Source of the DNA: Octopus bimaculoides | Taxonomy: Eukaryota | Direction: 5' to 3' | NCBI RefSeq assembly: GCF_001194135.2 | Contig: NC_068992.1 | Location: 43,592,037 to 43,631,362 of the forward strand | DNA length: 39,326 nt | In this document: one piece after another, positions 33,881 through 39,326 of the stretch | How positions within the stretch are numbered: position 1 is the stretch's first letter | How the letters are laid out: every line of letters begins with the position of its first letter | Notes under the pieces: model-generated | Told to the model about the DNA's origin: nothing | Databases searched by the model: none | What the model saw: the letters and a program-made list of their open reading frames with translations, nothing else | Made by a program: the position numbers and the translations under genes

Positions 33881-34571
33881 TTCGATCAAAACCAGCGAAA
33901 CCACAAGAAACTAGCTGATTAAAGAGACAATAAAAGAAAGAAATAAACGAAAAAATAAAACAAATCCATCTTTCACAGAATCATCATCATCATCATCATC
34001 AACGGTATTGCTATTATTATAGCCTGTTCGTTTAATAAAGCAACATTGTCAAACGGTATTCTGGAACTCTTACTGAAGTGATTTGACTTATGACGAATTT
34101 TTATGAGCCCACGTAACATTCCGTACATTATATTAAAACATGATGATTGTTCTTTTTTTACTTTAGTTATTGTTATAGCTTTTGTTATCTTTTCTTTTCC
34201 TTGTTTAATTTATTTTTATTCATTATCTCAGCCTATTGCTATGAAACCGTCTCTTCCAATTTCAAGAGGTATCTTTCCGATTTTAGATCCTCTAATTTAT
34301 GGATAAGTATTTTGTGAATACAGAATTGGGATTGGTACCGTATGCATAGAATTCCTTCATTCCATTTTTTCATACATTCTTAATATGTGCAATGCCAACA
34401 TTACTGTATCTAAAACAACGATTTGTTGCTGTTTCTGTCTTAAGCAGACGATAAGGTCAAACAGAAAAAAAAAGAGAAAGAAATTGTGTTGTTGATATTA
34501 CAATAGCAAACAAAGTATCACAGTTTCTGCTTTAAACAGAAGCTACCTGGAACATCAGACAAACTGATTAA

Positions 34572-34670
34572 CGGAATTTCTTTCGACTCTTTACGCTCTG
34601 AGTTCAAATTACGTCGAGGTCATTTTTACCTTTCATCCTTTCGAGATCAATAAAATTATGTACACAGACG
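34572..34670 (+). mobile_element. Family C SINE fragment
   Basis: ctttacgctctgagttcaaattacgtcgagg...cctttcatcctttcgag. Confidence 0.7.
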
Positions 34671-34789
34671 TGTGTGTATATATGCATGTNNNNNNNNNNN
34701 NNNNNNNNNNNNNNNNNNNNNNNNNNNNNNNNNNNNNNNNNNNNNNNNNNNNNNNNNNNNNNNNNNNNNNNNNNNNNNNNNNNNNNNNN

Positions 34790-35400
34790 TTTGTTATCTG
34801 TTGCTGTTGGGCAATCTTTTTTGAGGTGCCCTTCGATGCTACACATGTAGCATCGAGGCCTTCTACCTTCTACCACAACGTAGAGGGTGTGGCCGTCTGG
34901 CAGCTCAATTTGAGTTGGAATTTCTTTTGATTCTTCCTGTGTAATCTGCAACAGGACATCGATTTTTTTTCCATTCCAGTCTTCCTGCTTTAATGCAGTA
35001 GTTTCTAGAATGTTTATATTTCTTTCCATGTTATAACAAATAGCTGATAACAGTGTGGACAACTCTTTCGCTTTCTCTTCGCTGTCAAATCTAACTTGCA
35101 CGCTGGCGAAACTGTTTGCCCAGTTTATGTATTTCTTGTGGGACAATATGGGATACAAACATTGTTCAATAATTTCTGTTGCTGGTTGCTCTGGTTTTCT
35201 TGTTTTTGTGTTCAAAATTTTGTATATAATGGTTTGTTTTTGTACATCATGAATGATTTTTTTCAGGTATTTTTAATTTTAGTTTTGGTCCTTGTTTGCT
35301 TAATAGTTTTTTTGTTTCTTGAATTTCTTTTGTTGTGAAGTGCAAAATTGTTTTTGTTTTTTGTCTGAGTGCATCAGCAAAGTTTGTTTTTTTGTTGTTG
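34790..35400 (-). mobile_element. Gag-like ORF1 remnant with a CCHC zinc knuckle (non-LTR retrotransposon)
   Basis: TNFADALRQK..., frameshift, then ...VQVRFDSEEKAK...ELPDGHTLYVVVEGRRPR CYMCSIEGHLKKDC P (C-X2-C-X4-H-X4-C at 34811-34852). Confidence 0.8.
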
Positions 35401-35459
35401 TCGTTTCGGTAGTTGTGGAGACTGCTGTAGTAGCAGAGACTTTGGTCGTGGTTGGTCTT

Positions 35460-35576
35460 GATGCAATGTTGTTGTTGTTGTTGTTGTTGTTGTTGTCCTT
35501 GCTGCTGCTGCTGCTGTTGCCGGTGGTGATCATAGCAGACATAGCTTTCATATTGGTGGTGGTGGTGGTGGTGGTG
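35460..35576. repeat. (TTG)/(CTG)/(GGT) trinucleotide repeats
   Basis: Directly visible. Confidence 0.9.
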
Positions 35577-36348
35577 NNNNNNNNNNNNNNNNNNNNNNNN
35601 NNNNNNNNNNNNNNNNNNNNNNNNNNNNNNNNNNNNNNNNNNNNNNNNNNNNNNNNNNNNNNNNNNNNNNNNNNNNNNNNNNNNNNNNNNNNNNNNNNNN
35701 NNNNNNNNNNNNNNNNNNNNNNNNNNNNNNNNNNNNNNNNNNNNNNNNNNNNNNNNNNNNNNNNNNNNNNNNNNNNNNNNNNNNNNNNNNNNNNNNNNNN
35801 NNNNNNNNNNNNNNNNNNNNNNNNNNNNNNNNNNNNNNNNNNNNNNNNNNNNNNNNNNNNNNNNNNNNNNNNNNNNNNNNNNNNNNNNNNNNNNNNNNNN
35901 NNNNNNNNNNNNNNNNNNNNNNNNNNNNNNNNNNNNNNNNNNNNNNNNNNNNNNNNNNNNNNNNNNNNNNNNNNNNNNNNNNNNNNNNNNNNNNNNNNNN
36001 NNNNNNNNNNNNNNNNNNNNNNNNNNNNNNNNNNNNNNNNNNNNNNNNNNNNNNNNNNNNNNNNNNNNNNNNNNNNNNNNNNNNNNNNNNNNNNNNNNNN
36101 NNNNNNNNNNNNNNNNNNNNNNNNNNNNNNNNNNNNNNNNNNNNNNNNNNNNNNNNNNNNNNNNNNNNNNNNNNNNNNNNNNNNNNNNNNNNNNNNNNNG
36201 GCCAATTCCTCCCTTCGAAAAAATATACAAATGAAGCTTGGGTGCTTCGCACAGATTATATGAAAAAATTTTTAACAAATGTGGACAATATAAGGTAAAA
36301 AAAAAACGTTTACCTCTGCAGCCGATGTGACAGCACGTCCGTCAGTAG

Positions 36349-36404
<56 letters not shown>

Positions 36405-36405
36405 T

Positions 36406-36460
<55 letters not shown>

Positions 36461-36470
36461 TCTATTTATG

Positions 36471-36606
36471 TATAAGACCTGAAGAGCCGATATTTTCCAG
36501 TATTGCTGAAATAATTCTAACCTGATGTATTATTTCGCATATTATATCGTAATATTTCAGCAATAAACCTTGGGTAAAGTTTCGATGAAACAATTGTAGA
36601 ATTATA
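36471..36606 (+). ncRNA. Type I hammerhead-like motif with intact core and very long stem II
   Basis: TATAAgaC CTGAAGA g...TATTGCTGAAATA(36501-13)...TATTTCAGCAATA(36553-65)...t GAAAC AATT GTA GaaTTATA. Palindromic ACAATTGT, GUA triplet. Confidence 0.55.
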
Positions 36607-36767
36607 TAATAAAACAAGTTGCTTACACTATGTATGTACGTATAATTGAGACACTTTTGTTTTGTTTTGTTTTGTTTTTTGTTTTGTCTTGTTTTGTTTT
36701 TTGTTTTGTTTTGTTTTGTTTTTTGTTTTGTTTTGTTTTTCTCTCCGTTTTTCTCACCTCGTCTAAT

Positions 36768-36802
36768 CTTTCTGCAGAAAGCGTATGCTCGAAACGTAAA
36801 AG
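36768..36802 (+). ncRNA. Minimal type I hammerhead relic
   Basis: CTTT CTGcAGA aAGC-gtat-GCTC GAAAC GTA AAAG. Stem I 4 bp, palindromic ACGT, A6 mutated. Confidence 0.6.
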
Positions 36803-36935
36803 TCTTTTCATCTCATTTTTCTTGAGCGTGAACCTAATACTCTCTGGGTTTTTTTTGTTTTTTTAGCTTTCGTAAATTTTCTATTCATGTATGTATGCAA
36901 GTATGTATGTATGTATGTATGTATGTATGTATGTG

Positions 36936-37080
36936 TGAGCGGTTCGGCATAAGTGCCGATAGAATAAGGAACAGATTTTAGAAAGTAAGTACTGGAGTCG
37001 ATTTACTCGACTAAACCCGTCAAGGCAGAGCCCCAGCATGGTTGCAATCCAATGACTAAAGTAAACGATAAAAGTAAAGG
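36936..37080 (+). mobile_element. Family A SINE 3' part
   Basis: agcggttcggca...ccgatagaataag...agtcgatttactcgactaa...ccagcatggttgcaatccaatgact. Confidence 0.75.
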
Positions 37081-37240
37081 AAATCGTTTGAATCAGTGAT
37101 TGACAACCATTTTGTCTCAACCTATGGACTCCCTTTGATTACGATTTCATTTTAGTGGACCCCCATTGTATTTTTACGATTAAATATCATTTGGAATCAT
37201 GTGAATAATTGTTAAAATATTTTGTGCATTGTAGAAGTAT

Positions 37241-37600
37241 GGAGGTGCAATGGCCCAGTGGTTAGAGAAGCGGACTCGCAGTCGTAGGATCGCGGTTTCG
37301 ATTCCCAGACTGGGTGTTGTGAGTGTTTATTGAGCAAAAACGCCTAAAACTCCACGAAGGAGTTTTAGGCGTACTCTTTCATCACAACTTTCCCTCACTC
37401 TTTCTTCTTGTTTCTGTTGTACCTGTATTTCAAAGGGCCAGCCTTGTCACACTCTGTGTCACACGTGTACCCGAGAACTACTTTAAGGGTGCACGTGTCT
37501 GTGGAGTGCTCAGCCACTTGCACGTTAATTTCACGAGCAGGCTTGTTCTGTTGAGCGGATCAGCTGGAACCCTTGTTGTTTTAACCGACGGAGTGCCACG
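37241..37600 (+). mobile_element. Family B-tail SINE with a different head; 13-bp perfect TSD
   Basis: TSD attgtagaagtat at 37228-37240 and 37601-37613; A box tggcccagtggttag, B box ggtttcgattccc. Confidence 0.9.
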
Positions 37601-37999
37601 ATTGTAGAAGTATAACTTATTCATCGCACATAATTTTTAATAACTAAATTGTATAGCTACGCACACACGCACACACACCAAGGTTAAGTGGACCCCAGTT
37701 GAGAACTATGTGTTTAAATGCTAAAGGGTCTTATGTATGACCCTGTATATTAATTTTATCGTAACTATTTTCAAAATGGCAAGTGAAACGCTGCGATCAC
37801 AGAGACACTACGGAGTTAATATTTAGTCCATGCAAAGTCAATTGAGATGTACAATACCCAATACAAATGTTTAATTACAGTGAATGCATATGTCATGTAG
37901 CGAGCATTAAATACTCTAAAGAAGCAGACTTCACAAGTTTACATGGCGAATTATTTGAATTTCCATCTTTAATCTGATCGAATTCTAAAGCTCACTGGG

Positions 38000-38100
38000 T
38001 GTGTACTTTTTTTTTCTTTTCTACTTTCTTTCTCCTCCTTCTCTTCTTTTTCATCGTCATCATTTTCTTTCTCTTCTTTTTTTTCTCTTCTTTCTGTTTT

Positions 38101-38175
<75 letters not shown>

Positions 38176-38185
38176 TTCTTCTTTC
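38000..38185. repeat. Polypyrimidine/(CT)n tract
   Basis: Directly visible. Confidence 0.9.
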
Positions 38186-38719
38186 TCCGCTTTCCTCTCT
38201 TCTCCCGTCCTCAACACCTCATCACTTTTAGACATTATACGCCAACAAATGAGACATCCGACTGTGCGACGCTCTACATTACTAACATGCCTTGCAATAT
38301 ATCTGAAAAGACCGTCATGTGTTCACCGGATATTGGTTTTCATAAACCATACATACACACTTACCGACAGAGAGAAAGACTAAGCAAATCATTTTCTAAT
38401 TCAACTCACGATGCCCTTATGTGACCACCCTAGGGGTTGGTTTATGTGCTTTGAGTGTTCACTTTCGTTTCGTTTTATATTTCTTTTATGTTTTACGGAG
38501 GTTCTTTACGTTTGTTTTTTTCTTTTGCTATTTCATCTATTTCGTTGTAATTTATGTACCTACACGCTCTTCTATTTTCGCTAAATTCTTGTTAAACAGC
38601 TTTGCAAATATACAAAGATGCATGCAGTCATTTATCTGTCTGTGAACATTTATGCACTTGTTAGTACACAGAAAACTTTTTGAAAACTTTTATCCTCATT
38701 ATAAGGAATTATTCCTTTA

Positions 38720-38869
38720 TATGTATGCGTGTGTGTTTGCCTATGTGTGCTTGTGTCTGTGTGTGCGCGCGTACGTGTTTCTGAGAGTTCGCGTATGTAC
38801 TTCTGTGCGTGTGTGCTCCTATAGCCTTTAATACACCACAACCGTTTATATATGTGTGTGTGTGTGTGT

Positions 38870-38909
<40 letters not shown>

Positions 38910-39326
38910 ACATGCATGTATGCATGTATAGATGTATGCATGTATCCATGTATGTATAGATGCATGTGTATATATATGTGTGTGTGTGTGTGTGTGTGCG
39001 TGTGTGTACGAATGTATGTATCTATACACACACACACACACTCACACACACACATATGAATGTGGGTGTGTACATGTGTGCATATGTCGATCCGTGTACG
39101 TGTGTGTGCGTGTGAATGTGTCTACGCGTGTCTGTGCCATTTCCACTGGCTGAGTATTCATTGTGTGTTTAATTTAATACACAATGAGTATGTTTATATG
39201 TATATATGTATGTATGTATGTAAGTATGTATCTATGTATGTGTGTGTATCTATGTATGTATGTGTGTATGTATGTGTGTATGTATGTATGTATGTGTGTG
39301 TATGTATGTATGTATGTATGTAGGTA
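38720..39326. repeat. (GT)/(CA)/(TATG) microsatellite field
   Basis: Directly visible. Confidence 0.9.

Noticed and set aside
34200-34400. Minus-strand HKILIHKL as a LINE RT motif
   Set aside because: Too short; flanking RT motifs could not be recovered in any frame.
12097-37320. tRNA-like A/B boxes as tRNA genes
   Set aside because: They continue into shared SINE bodies with TSDs and lack a complete cloverleaf.
37340-37380. Hairpin as a rho-independent terminator
   Set aside because: Eukaryotic DNA, inside a SINE, and no proper U-tract.
38232-38424. ATLYITNMPCNISEK resembling an RRM RNP2 start after a cttttag acceptor
   Set aside because: Similarity ends after ~15 residues, no RNP1, and no good donor site.
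1-39326. Long ORFs such as 19990-20877, 8943-9728, 24790-25497, 32964-33881 and 35247-36278
   Set aside because: They are translations of microsatellites (YLSI, YVCM, HTHT) or run through N gaps; no protein signal.

Overview
AT-rich, microsatellite-saturated eukaryotic DNA with many N gaps. The repeat families look like those I recall from Octopus/coleoid cephalopod genomes; that species call is inference. I can support no intact protein-coding gene, rRNA, true tRNA or CRISPR array, and nearly all listed ORFs are microsatellite or gap artefacts. The window contains about 25 copies of tRNA-headed SINEs and related short repeats, which I label families A-D. It also holds decayed fragments of Penelope-like elements (PLE; RT plus GIY-YIG), R4/Dong-type LINEs, an RTE LINE, a gag-like CCHC ORF1, a Tc1 transposase, a mariner-like MITE and a C2H2 zinc-finger fragment. 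The strongest unannotated signal is a set of about 10 type I hammerhead-ribozyme-like motifs from several unrelated sequence families. These include an inverted pair with one intact catalytic core, two with unusually long stem II, and one directly downstream of a PLE GIY-YIG end. Other notable items are a (TTAGGG)5 tract inside a MITE terminal inverted repeat, two pre-miRNA-shaped hairpins, repeated SINE insertion at the same target, and a few candidate host exons. All alignments and folds were done by eye.
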